The notes under the pieces are model-generated. The model did no database searches. It saw only the letters and a list, made by a program, of their open reading frames with translations, and was not told the origin of the DNA. A program made the position numbers and the translations under genes. A stretch of DNA of 64,000 bases from Torpedo marmorata (taxonomy: Eukaryota): the NCBI GenBank assembly GCA_977017645.1, contig OZ360236.1, positions 1,426,001-1,490,000 on the forward strand, written 5' to 3'. Positions 52,635 through 62,758 of the stretch are shown here, piece by piece; position 1 is the first letter of the stretch, and every line of letters starts with the position of its first letter.

Positions 52635-53271
52635 TTGTTCCCCTGTGGCCGCAGGAGGTGCAACACTTGCGCCCACACCTCCTCCCTCACCACGGTCCGG
52701 GGCCCCAAACAGGTCTTTCAAGTGAAGCAACACTTCACTTGTGTCTCCGCAGGACTCATTTACTGCATCCGGTGCTCCCTTTGTGACGTTCTCTACAGCG
52801 GAGAGACCAGTCGCAGATTGGGAGATCGCTTCGCTGAGCACCTCCTCTCCGTCTGCAACCACAGCGACCTCCCAGTAGCCAACCATTTCAATTCTAAGTC
52901 ACACTCCCAGACTCACACGTCTGTCCATGGCCTTTTGTACTATCCTACCCTGACCACCTGCAGATTGGAGGAACAACACCTTATCTTCCGTCTGGGCATT
53001 CTCCAGCCAGATGGCATTAACATTGATTTCTCTGCTTTCTGCTAAACTTGCTTGCCTTTTCTTTCCCCCCCCTTTCCAGTTCTCCCTGCCCTTCCCCCTT
53101 ACCTACCCAGCCATCCCTCCTCCCCCTCATTGCTGCTGTCCCCTCCCTCCCCTCATCCACCTATCATCTCCTGCCTTTGCCACCCCCCCCCAAAACCCTT
53201 TTGTTCAGATGCCTGCTGGCATTCTCTCATACCTTGATGAAGGGCTCAGGCCCGAAACGTTGGTTATGTAT
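52635..53271 (+). mobile_element. Penelope-like element: GIY-YIG endonuclease and pLTR-like end (continues at 54170-54205 and ~55860-55885)
   Basis: CGRRRCNTC...FTCVSAGLIYCIRCSLCDVLYSGETSRRLGDRFAEH...VANHFN...RLEEQHLIFRLGILQPDGIN. Confidence 0.85.
53233..53263 (+). ncRNA. Minimal hammerhead ribozyme-like motif in the Penelope end (representative copy)
   Basis: ttgatga-a-gggc-tcag-gccc-gaaac-gtt: CUGAnGA-like box, 4-bp stem II, GAAA box, palindromic ACGT replacing helix III. Confidence 0.6.
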
Positions 53272-54169
53272 TGTTACAAATTCAAACCAGCAACGACAGA
53301 AGACGCAATGCAAAAGGGGTAAAATTGAAATTATTATTTATTAAACACAAGTAAACATATAATTTCACAACAATTAACCCCACTATAAACGTCTATAAAC
53401 TCTATTCTTATCTAAAAGGTGCATGTGTGTGTGTGTAAAGCCCAGACCATTACAGTCTGTGCCCAACCCTTATGTAAAAATGGAAAAACTTTCCCCAAAA
53501 ACCCCAGGTCAGTCATAAAAACAAGTCAGTCAAAAAAAAGATAAACACAGTCGACAAAATCCACTCTCTAAGTTCAGGCTTCAACTTTTTCTCTGTGTCT
53601 GGTAGAAGTACTTCTGAATGAACGTTGGAGAGAGACAATGACTGTTTATGCTTACAAATACTTGTTTTCTTCTCTGATGACGTCCCCTTCTTGTAGGTTC
53701 ATAAGGATTGCAAGTTCCAGATCAGTATACCACTGATTTAGGCGTATGCTTGAATCTCACAGCTAGTCTCGCTGATCTCACGCCTGTTCTCCACAGAAGT
53801 TGTTTTTTCTCAGAATTTCTCTGAGACAGGAGGCCATGTGCTATTTTGCCACATTTTCTCTGACTGCACAAACCTGGATTTGGCTGTGTTCTGTAGCCTT
53901 GCAACTCACAACTGTGTCTGCTTTGCAGAGATCTGCCCCTGCTTTTTGCAGAAGTGAAACAAATGTATCTTGTCCAGTCTGAGTCTGTCTCTCTCTCTGG
54001 TCTCTCTCTGTCTGGGTACACCAAGAGTGCAACAATGTATCTTGTCTGGGTACACCAAGTAGCTGGGGAAGTTAACTCTTTCAGTACCTGGCCCAAGTGT
54101 ATACTCCAAAAGACTTCATCCTTCCTGCTCTCCGTCCGCAGTCCAAATGGTCAGTCATGGTCCATAACA
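53272..54169 (-). mobile_element. Solo LTR, 898 bp
   Basis: TGTTA...TAACA termini; 4-bp TSD gtat at 53268-53271 and 54170-54173; host Penelope sequence is contiguous across it; AATAAA on the minus strand near 53337-53342. Confidence 0.8.
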
Positions 54170-54205
54170 GTATTTCTACCTTTGCTACATAAAGGACACT
54201 GTTTG

Positions 54206-55862
54206 CCTACAAAGCGAGGGCGAACACTATAGACGGCTGTGATGCTTCACTACCCGATGAGCTGAAGAACAAAACAGTGCCTACTAGAATCCCTGAAAAG
54301 GCTGAGGACCCTGTGATATCTGTCTCTGAGGGCGATGTCAGAACATCATTCAAGAGGGTGAACCCTCGCAAGGCGTCAGGCCCTGACGGCGTACCTGGCA
54401 GGGTACTGAAAATCTGCGCCAACCAACGAGCCGGAGTGTTCACGGACATTTTCAACCTCTCATTGCGGCAGTCAGAGGTTCCCACCTGCTTGAAAAGGGC
54501 ATCAATCATCCCGGTACCCAAGAAGAGTAGTGTGGGCTGCCTCAACGACTACCGCCCAGTAGCACTAACTTCTACTGTGATGAAATCCTTTGAGAGGCTG
54601 GACATGGCCAGAATTAACACATACCTAAGCAAAGATCTGGACCCACTGCAATTCGCCTATCGCCACAATCGCTCCACAGCAGATGCAATATCGCTGGCTC
54701 TCCACTCAGCTCTGGATCACCTCGAAAACAGCAATTCATACATACGGCTGCTCTTCATCGACTACAGCTCGGCCTTCAATACCATTATTCCCTCAGTCCT
54801 GGTCAAGAAGCTACAAACTATAGGCCTCTGTACCCGCCTCTGCAACTGGATCCTTGACTTTCTCATCGGAAGACCACAGTCAGTACGAATTGGAAACAAC
54901 GTCTCCTCCTCACTGATTATCAACACAGGCGCACCCCAAGGAAGAGTGCTTAGTCCACTGCTCTACTCGTTATACACCCATGACTGTGTGGCCAGGCACA
55001 ATTCCAATGCCATCTACAAGTTTGCCGATGACACCACAGTTGTCGGCGGAATCACAAACGGCAATGAGGAAGCGTACAGGAGGGAGATAGATCAGCTCGT
55101 TGAATGGTGTAACGACAACAACCTTGAGCTCAACGTCAGCAAAACCAAGGAGATGATTGTGGACTTCAGGAGGAAGTCAGGGGAACACGACCCAGTCCTC
55201 ATCGAGGGCTCAGTCATGGAGAGGGTCAAGAACTTCAAATTCCTGGGTGTCAACATCTCAGAGGATCTGTCCTGGAGCCTCCACGTCGATGCAATCACAA
55301 AGAAGGCTCGCCAGCGGCTATACTTTGTGAGGTGTCTGAGGAGATTCGGTATGTCACCAAAGACTCTCGTAAACTTCTACAGGTGTACCGTGGAGAGCAT
55401 TCTGGCTGGTTGCATCACTGCCTGGTATGGAGGCGCAAACTCTCAGGACAAGAATAAACTCCAGAGGGTTGTTAACTCTGCCTGTGACATTACAGGCACC
55501 AAACTTCACTCCATCGAGGACATCGACATGAGACTGTGTCTTAAAAAAGCAGCCTCTATCCTCAAAGACCCCCACCACCCAGGCCATGCCCTCTTCACTC
55601 TGCTACCATCGGGAAAAAGGTACAGGAGCTTAAAGACGAACACTCAACGGCACCAGGACAGCTTCTTCCCCGCTGCCATCAGATTCCTAAATAATCAATG
55701 AACCAAAGACACTGTCTTACTTTTCGTGCACTATTATTTATATATATATTTTTATAGTAATGTCGTATGATGGTTATAATATGAATGTTAATTGCACTAC
55801 GATGCTGCCGCAAAACACCGAATTTCATGACTTGTTCATGACAATAAATTCTGATTCTGATT
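54206..55862 (+). mobile_element. Rex1/Babar-type LINE, 5'-truncated, with an uninterrupted RT frame
   Basis: Open ORF 54277..55701 followed by a 3' UTR and (ttctga)n tail. Confidence 0.9.
54277..55701 (+). CDS. Non-LTR reverse transcriptase (N-terminally truncated ORF2)
   Basis: [52 protein letters not shown] motifs; no endonuclease domain, so not autonomous. Confidence 0.75.
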   Translation: MPTRIPEKAEDPVISVSEGDVRTSFKRVNPRKASGPDGVPGRVLKICANQRAGVFTDIFNLSLRQSEVPTCLKRASIIPVPKKSSVGCLNDYRPVALTSTVMKSFERLDMARINTYLSKDLDPLQFAYRHNRSTADAISLALHSALDHLENSNSYIRLLFIDYSSAFNTIIPSVLVKKLQTIGLCTRLCNWILDFLIGRPQSVRIGNNVSSSLIINTGAPQGRVLSPLLYSLYTHDCVARHNSNAIYKFADDTTVVGGITNGNEEAYRREIDQLVEWCNDNNLELNVSKTKEMIVDFRRKSGEHDPVLIEGSVMERVKNFKFLGVNISEDLSWSLHVDAITKKARQRLYFVRCLRRFGMSPKTLVNFYRCTVESILAGCITAWYGGANSQDKNKLQRVVNSACDITGTKLHSIEDIDMRLCLKKAASILKDPHHPGHALFTLLPSGKRYRSLKTNTQRHQDSFFPAAIRFLNNQ

Positions 55863-56744
55863 CTCCAGCATTTTGTGTTTTTTATCAAGGGAACCTTGGA
55901 TGACATGAGAGGTAGTGAATCTAGTCAAAAAGAAAAAGGAAGCATGTGTGAAGTTTAGTAAGCTAAAAATCCAACAGGGCCCTGAAGGAAATCAAGCATT
56001 GCAGGGATGTTAGAATTTCAGTGTACATGTACATTGTACAAAGTATATGACAATAAACTCATTATCATTATCAAGCAGGGCATCAGAAAGACTCATGAAA
56101 TGTCATTGGCAAGCAGGATTAAAGAGAATTCAGAGGCATTTTAAAAAGCGGTAACGAAAGCAAGGAGTTTGTCCGTTCTCCCCATGTCTGCGTGGGTTTT
56201 CCCCGGGTACTCCGGTTTTCTCCCACCCTCCAACAACATACGGGGCTGTAGGTTAATTTGGACGGCATGGGTTTAAATGGCTAGAATCGGCTTCTACTGT
56301 GGTGTAAATAAAGAATAGGACCAAAGACAAAAAGGACATTTATGCTTGGAGTCAGCGGAAGTGGGTGAGGTCTTAAATGAGTTATTTGCATTGGTATTCA
56401 CGAAGATCACGGAGGATAGTGATAGGGAGCATATTACGGAGAATGTTAATGTATTCGGGCATTTTGAGAGCAACAAAGAGAAGATGCTGGGTCTTTTGAA
56501 TAGCATTAAGATGGGCCTAATGGGATATATCCCAGGATATTAAGAGGCAAGCGAGGAGATTGCTGAAGTTCGGCGCAGAATTTTGTGTTGTCACCAGCAA
56601 CCGGCGACATCCAGGAGGAGCGGAGAGTAGCCAATATTCCTTTATTCAAGTGAAATAAGGAAAATTATAGACCAGTGAGACTCACATCAACAGTAGGAAA
56701 ACTTGGGACAAGTCATGTTGCCTTCCAAATTTGCATTGGGGGAA

Positions 56745-58512
56745 TGCCGGCGGCATGGTGGTGGTGGTGGGGGCGGCTGGTGAGGGGGGGCGGTGGCATG
56801 GTGAGGGGTGGGAGGGGGTGGTGGCATGGTGTGGGGTTGGGGGGGGAGCGGCATGGTGAGGGGTGGGGGGGTGGCGGTGGCATGGTGAGGGGTGGGGGGG
56901 TGGCAGTGGCATGGTGAGGGGTGGGGGTCGGTTGGTGAGGGGTGGGGGGGTGGTGGCATGGTGAGGGGTGGGGGGGGCGGTGGCATGGTGAGGGGTGGGG
57001 GGCGGTGGCATGGTGTGGGGTTGGGGGGGCGGTGGCATGGTGAGGGGTGGGGGGGCGGTGGCATGGTGAGGGGTGTGGGGGGCGGTGGCATGGTGAGGGG
57101 TGGGGGGGGCGGTGGCATGGTGAGGGGTGGTGGCATGGTGAGGGGTGGGGGGGCGGTGGCATGGTGTGGGGTTGGGGGGGCGGTGGCATGATGAGGGGTG
57201 GGGGGTGGTGGCATGGTGAGGGGTGGGGGGTGGTGGCATGGTGTGTGGTGGGGGGGCGGTGGCATGGTGAGGGGTGGGGGGGCGGTGGCATGATGAGGGG
57301 TGGGGGGGTGGTGGCATGGTGAGGGGTGGGGGGGTGGTGGCATGGTGTGTGGTGGGGGGGCGGTGGCATGGTGAGGGGCGGGGGGCGGTGGCATGGTGAG
57401 GGGTGGGGGGGCGGTGGCATGGTGAGGGGTGGGGGGGCGGTGGCATGGTGAGGGGTGGGGGGGCGGTGACATGGTGAGGGGTGGGGGGCGGTGGCATGGT
57501 GAGGGGTGGGGGGGCGGTGGCATGGTGAGGGGTGGGGGGGCGGTGGCATGGTGTGGGGTGGGGGGGCGGTGGCATGGTGAGGGGTGGGGGGGCGGTGGCA
57601 TGGTGAGGGGTGGGGGGGCGGTGGCATGGTGAGGGGTGGGGGGGCGGTGGCATGGTGAGGGGTGGGGGGAGGTGGCATGGTGAGGGGTGGGGGGCGGTGG
57701 CATGGTGAGGGGTGGGGGGAGGTGGCATGGTGAGGGGTGGGGGGGCGGTGGCATGGTGAGGGGTGGGGGGGCGGTGGCATGGTGAGGGGTGGGGGGGCGG
57801 TGGCATGGTGTGTGGTTGGGGGGGCGGTGGCATGGTGAGGGGTGGGGGGGCGGTGGCATGGTGAGGGGTGGGGGGGCGGTGGCATGGTGAGGGGTGGGGG
57901 GCGGTGGCATGGTGAGGGGTGGGGGGGCGGTGGCATGGTGAGGGGTGGGGGGGCGGTGGCATGGTGAGGGGTGGGGGGGCGGTGGCATGGTGTGGGGTGG
58001 GGGGCGGTGGCATGGTGAGGGGTGGGGGGCGGTGGCATGGTGAGGGGTGGGGGCGGGCGGTGGCATGGTGAGGGGTGGGGAGGTGGCATGGTGAGGGGTG
58101 GGGGCGGTGGCATGGTGAGGGGTGGGGGGAGGTGGCATGGTGAGGGGTGGGGGGCGGTGGCATGGTGAGGGGTGGGGGGAGGTGGCATGGTGAGGGGTGG
58201 GGGCGGTGGCATGGTGAGGGGTGGGGGGAGGTGGCATGGTGAGGGGTGGGGAGGTGGCATGTGAGGGGTGGGGCGGTGGCATGGTGAGGGGTGGGGGGAG
58301 GTGGCATGGTGAGGGGTGGGGGGCGGTGGCATGGTGAGGGGTGGGGGGGCGGTGGCATGGTGAGGGGTGGGGGGGCGGTGGCATGGTGTGTGGTTGGGGG
58401 GCGGTGGCATGGTGAGGGGTGGGGGGCGGTGGCATGGTGAGGGGTGGGGGCGGTGGCATGGTGAGGGGTGGGGGGGCGGTGGCATGGTGAGGGGTGGGGG
58501 GCCGGCATGGTG
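56745..58512. repeat. G-rich minisatellite, ~26-27-bp unit, roughly 65 copies
   Basis: ggcggtggcatggtgaggggtgggggg in tandem with variable G-run length. Confidence 0.95.
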
Positions 58513-58533
58513 GGAGGCCGGGCGAGTCGGTAC

Positions 58534-58685
58534 CTGCCACGCTGCGGGACAACAGGTACTGGGGCAGAGGGGCGTCCTGCTCCCTCAGCCGGGTCAGCAC
58601 GCACTGCTCCACCGTATCGGCCAGGCCCAGAGCCCGCAGAACGGTCGCCACGGCGGTGGCGCCGCAGGAGCTCGGGCCCTCCTGC
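58534..58685 (-). CDS. Uncharacterised papain-fold protein, exon with putative catalytic Cys (5' end lost in gap)
   Basis: QEGPSSCGATAVATVLRALGLADTVEQCVLTRLREQDAPLPQYLLSRSVA then g|gtaccg donor (phase 1); GC/CpG-rich codon-like sequence. Confidence 0.8.
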
Positions 58686-58785
58686 NNNNNNNNNNNNNNN
58701 NNNNNNNNNNNNNNNNNNNNNNNNNNNNNNNNNNNNNNNNNNNNNNNNNNNNNNNNNNNNNNNNNNNNNNNNNNNNNNNNNNNNN
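58686..58785. other. Assembly gap (100 N)
   Basis: Run of exactly 100 N, the usual unknown-size placeholder. Confidence 0.99.
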
Positions 58786-59739
58786 GGAGGCGTGGGGGGA
58801 GTGGTTGTGGGAGGAAGGTGTTGGGGAGGGGGTTGGGTTCTGGGAGGGTGCGGGGGAGGTCACGGGGGGAGTTGCAGAGGTTGTGAGGGAGATGGGCAGG
58901 CGAGGAACGTGAGGTGCGCAACAAAACAATTTTGATGTGCTGGAACAAAACGTCAGAGGAACTCTGGTCGAGCAGCATCTCTGGAGGCAAATTATGTGAG
59001 TGGACGTTTGTGTGTGAGAGGAAAGGTTTTCAGTATGGAGGGCCTCGGACTGCGCCTGAGTCTCTTGTGAGTGTTTGGATGTTCCTGTCGTGGAAGGAAG
59101 GTCGGGAAGAATTGTTTAACTGGTTCTAAATATGATGGGTTATCATATGAGGAGAGATTGAATATACTGGGACCAAGAGGTGTGTGAGACTCTGAATGGC
59201 AGAGATAGGGTGGACAGCCTGCTCTTTTTCCCAGGGTGGCAATGGCCAATACCAGAGGACATGTGTTTAAGGTGAAAGGAGGAAAGTTTCGGGGTAATGT
59301 CAGATGTAGGTTTGGTTTTTTTTTTTAAAAACTGGTGGGTTCCTTGTCCATTTTTTCTGGCTCCGGCGTAAATTTTTTCCTTTGTCCTTGAGTGATCATC
59401 ACCTCTTCCGACTTATCCTCTTATTTCCAATGCAAGTATAAAATACCTACAGATTCTCTTCAATAAAATTTATTATCATCTGACTGTACATGTACAACCT
59501 GTGTTTATCTGGACCATGGTGCAGAAACGTATATACACGTGATACACATTTTAAATAAATACTGTATATACAAATGTTTTGGGATAATTTGCTCAATTAC
59601 AGGATATCGTTCATCAGTCTCACAGCCTGTGGGAAGAAGCTATTTCCCAGCTTGGCAGTTCTGATTTTGATGCATCTGTACTTCCTTTATGGTAGTGGAT
59701 CGAAGATTCCGTGTGCTGGGCAGAAAGGGTCTTCTATAA

Positions 59740-62341
59740 AAAAAAATTTTTGAATATTTTATTTGAGTTTTTTGAAGCCAAACATATTATCAATAACAAA
59801 AATAATAAATACATCATCAAGTATAATATTCGTCTGTTGACTATTATACTAAAAAATAACAACAAAATTACAAACAGAGAAAAACCCACCCACCCAATTT
59901 CCCCCTAAAAGAAAGAAAGGAGAGGAATAGAATAAGAAAAGGTTGAAGTAGAAAAGGAAAGAAGACATTGGAGATTCGTTGTCCACCCCGCAGGCTTAAA
60001 TTACTTGGCATAGTCGGATTTTTAAAGAGGAAATGGACATGGGTCCTGGAGGCGAGGAGGGGCCTGGTTATAGATTTACAGCCATATATTGTAAATATGG
60101 AGTCAAAATCTTTAAAAATATTAAGGAAATAAATGATTGTTTTGAAGCTGGTAAATTTATTACGTTTCAGAGAATGGAAGATAAATTTAGGGTAGCAAAT
60201 AATACAATCTTTGCTTATTATCAAATTAGGGCGTTTTTAGGGGAAAGGTTGGGCCGCGGCTTGATCTTACCAAGGCAGACTGAATTGGAATTATTAGTTA
60301 CTAATGGAGGTCTGCCTAAATTTATTTCTCAAATGTACAGATTGTTACAGAGGAAACTTCCTAAAACAGGAATTCATAAATCAAGATTAAATTGGGAAAA
60401 AGATTTGAATATAACAATAGATGAAGAACACTGGAAAAAATTATGTAAACAAAGTATGACGAAGATTATTAATGTTAGATATAGATTGGTGCAATATAAT
60501 TTTTTTCATCAACTATATTTAACACCTAAAAGACTAAAGAAATTTAATCCGACATTATCTGGTTTATGTTTTAGATGTAATAAAGAGGAAGGTTCTTTTG
60601 TACATTCTACATGGTTTTGTCCAAAAGTTTATGATTTTTGGTTGAAAGTTAAAAACCTTTTAGATAAAGTATTAGGAACTACACTTCCAATGGATCCTAT
60701 GATATTTTTGTTTGGAGATATTGAAGGAACCAGTGTTGGAGTGAAATTGAATATGTACCAGACGGAGTTTTTGCGTGTTGCGTTGGCCGTTTCTAAGAAA
60801 TGTATTGCCACTACATGGAAGTCGGATGTAGATTTGGGGTTGGAAAGATGGCACGCAGAATTGCGTTCTTGCATACCACTCGAAAAAATTACATATAATT
60901 TACGTGATAAGTATCATTTCTTTTTGGAAGTATGGAGCCCATATATAAAAATTGTGGGTTTAAGGATTTGAAGATCTCTGGTCATCGGGTCTGGCTGGCG
61001 AGCCTATCCTCCACAATAAGATCAGATTATAGTTGTTCTTTTTAGATTGACATTCTCCTTACTCTATCCTTTTCTTCTTCTTTCTTTCTTTTCGGGAGGG
61101 TTAGGGAGGGGGGGGAGGGGGGGTGAAAATGTATCACATGTAATTTGAGGAATTTGCGTTTTAAACTGTGTATTGTGTGATTTAAAAATTTTAAATAAAA
61201 TATTTTTTTTAAAAAAAATCTTTAAAAATATATCATATCTATTTCTAAGATTATAGGTAATCTTCTCAAGAGGAACATAGCTGTACATTTCCTCATTCCA
61301 TCTTGTCATACCTAGATGGGAATCAGTCTTCCATGTGACGGCTGTACATTTCCTGGCCACCGCCAATGCGATCTCTACAAATTTTATTTGAAATTTTGAC
61401 AGCCTCATCTTAGGTCTTACGCCGGAGATATTGCCCAATAGAAATAATTCTGGGCGTTGTGGGAACTGAATTTCTGTAATTTGTTCTAAGAGTTTCCCTA
61501 AGTCCGTCCAGAAAGGTTTTACCTTGGGGCATGACCAGGTTAAATGTAAAAACGTTCCTATTTCTTTGCCGCATCTAAAACATTTATCTGATATTTCTGA
61601 TTTAAATTTATTCAATTTTTGCGGCGTGAGATACAATTGGTGCAAAAAATTATATTGTACCAGTCTGTATCTCAGATTTATTGTGTTTTTCATACTGTCC
61701 CGACATAAGTCGGACCAGTTTTGTTCATTAATTATTATTTCCAAGTCTGATTCCCATCTCTGTCTAGATCTATGTAGCCCCTGTTTAGGGGTTCCTTTTT
61801 GTAGTAAAAGTTAGGCTGCTGAAATAAACTTCTTTGTAATCCCCTTTCGAATCAAAGTCTCCACTTCACTGCATTCCAGTAGGGTCATTGATGGGCCCAA
61901 TTTATTCCTTAAGTAAGATCTCAACTGGAAATAGCAGAAGAGTGTGTTGTTCATAATACCATACTTATTTTTTAATTGTTCAAATGACATAAGTTGTCCC
62001 TGCTCATAGCAATCCTCGACACATCTGATCCCTTTCCGGGACCAGGCGTCCAGGATGTTATTATCCATTGTAAAAGGTATACACCTATTTTGAGTCAGGG
62101 GCGTTTTTGGAGATAACCTCCCCTTATTCCCAATTTGATAATTTATTTTATACCAGGTATCAATTATGTGTTTCAACAGGGGGATTTCTTTCACACCAGA
62201 TATTAATTTTTTATCCCATTTGTATATAAAGTCTTCTGCTATCCTCTCTCCCACCTTATGCAGTTCCATCTTTACCCAAGAAGGCTTGCCTCCCCTTTCA
62301 AATAAAGGTGACAAATTTCATTTGGGCTGCCCAATAATATT
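59740..62341 (-). mobile_element. 5'-truncated L1 (different subfamily), interrupted by another L1
   Basis: ORFs 61811..62314 and 61064..61744 (CFRCGKEIGTFLHLTWSCP); frame resumes as IFLKILTPYLQYMAVNL-stop near 60069-60121; 10-bp TSD tcttctataa at 59730-59739 and 62342-62351. Confidence 0.82.
60122..61214 (+). mobile_element. 5'-truncated L1 3' end
   Basis: zf-RVT region open to the stop at 60971, then 3' UTR; 17-bp TSD aaaatctttaaaaatat at 60105-60121 and 61215-61231. Confidence 0.88.
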
Positions 62342-62758
62342 TCTTCTATAATTCTTTGAGCCCTCTTTAAGCAACGCGCCCGGTAAATGTCGTCAGTAGA
62401 GGAAAGGGAGACCCCAGTGATCTCGGCCATATTGATGATCAGTCCGATGCTTTGCAGCTACCATCCCACAAATGATGCAGCCAGACAGGACACGCAACTG
62501 TGCTCCTGTAAAATGTTGTCAAGGTGGGGACCAGTAGCCTTGCCCTCAGCCTCCTTAGGAAGTGTAGGTGCTGCTCTGCCTTCCTGTCTAATGAGAAGGT
62601 GTTGTGGGTCCAGGATAGGGTTATATGCACACCAAGGAACTTTGTGCTCTCCATGATGGAACCATTGATGTGTACTGAAGGCTGGTCGACATTCGTCGTC
62701 CTGAACTTCACAATCATCTCCTTTGTCCGACTCTTTGGCTCCTACTCGCCAACGATTA

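Larger units (their letters stand above)
59455..62725 (-). mobile_element. Rex1/Babar-type LINE fragment split by L1 (pieces ~59455-59739 and 62342-62725)
   Basis: KFLGVHI...KAEQHLHFLRRLR (62439..62717); the rejoined junction reads RAQRIIEDPFCPAH. Confidence 0.72.

Noticed and set aside
56682-58990. Long Pro/His-rich ORFs (590-767 aa)
   Set aside because: All three minus frames stay open only because the repeat unit has no stop codon; only 58534-58685 looks like a real exon.
60033-60971. 312-aa ORF as an intact gene
   Set aside because: Chimeric: the first ~30 codons are the antisense of the host L1 and the rest is a truncated L1 ORF2 beyond the TSD.
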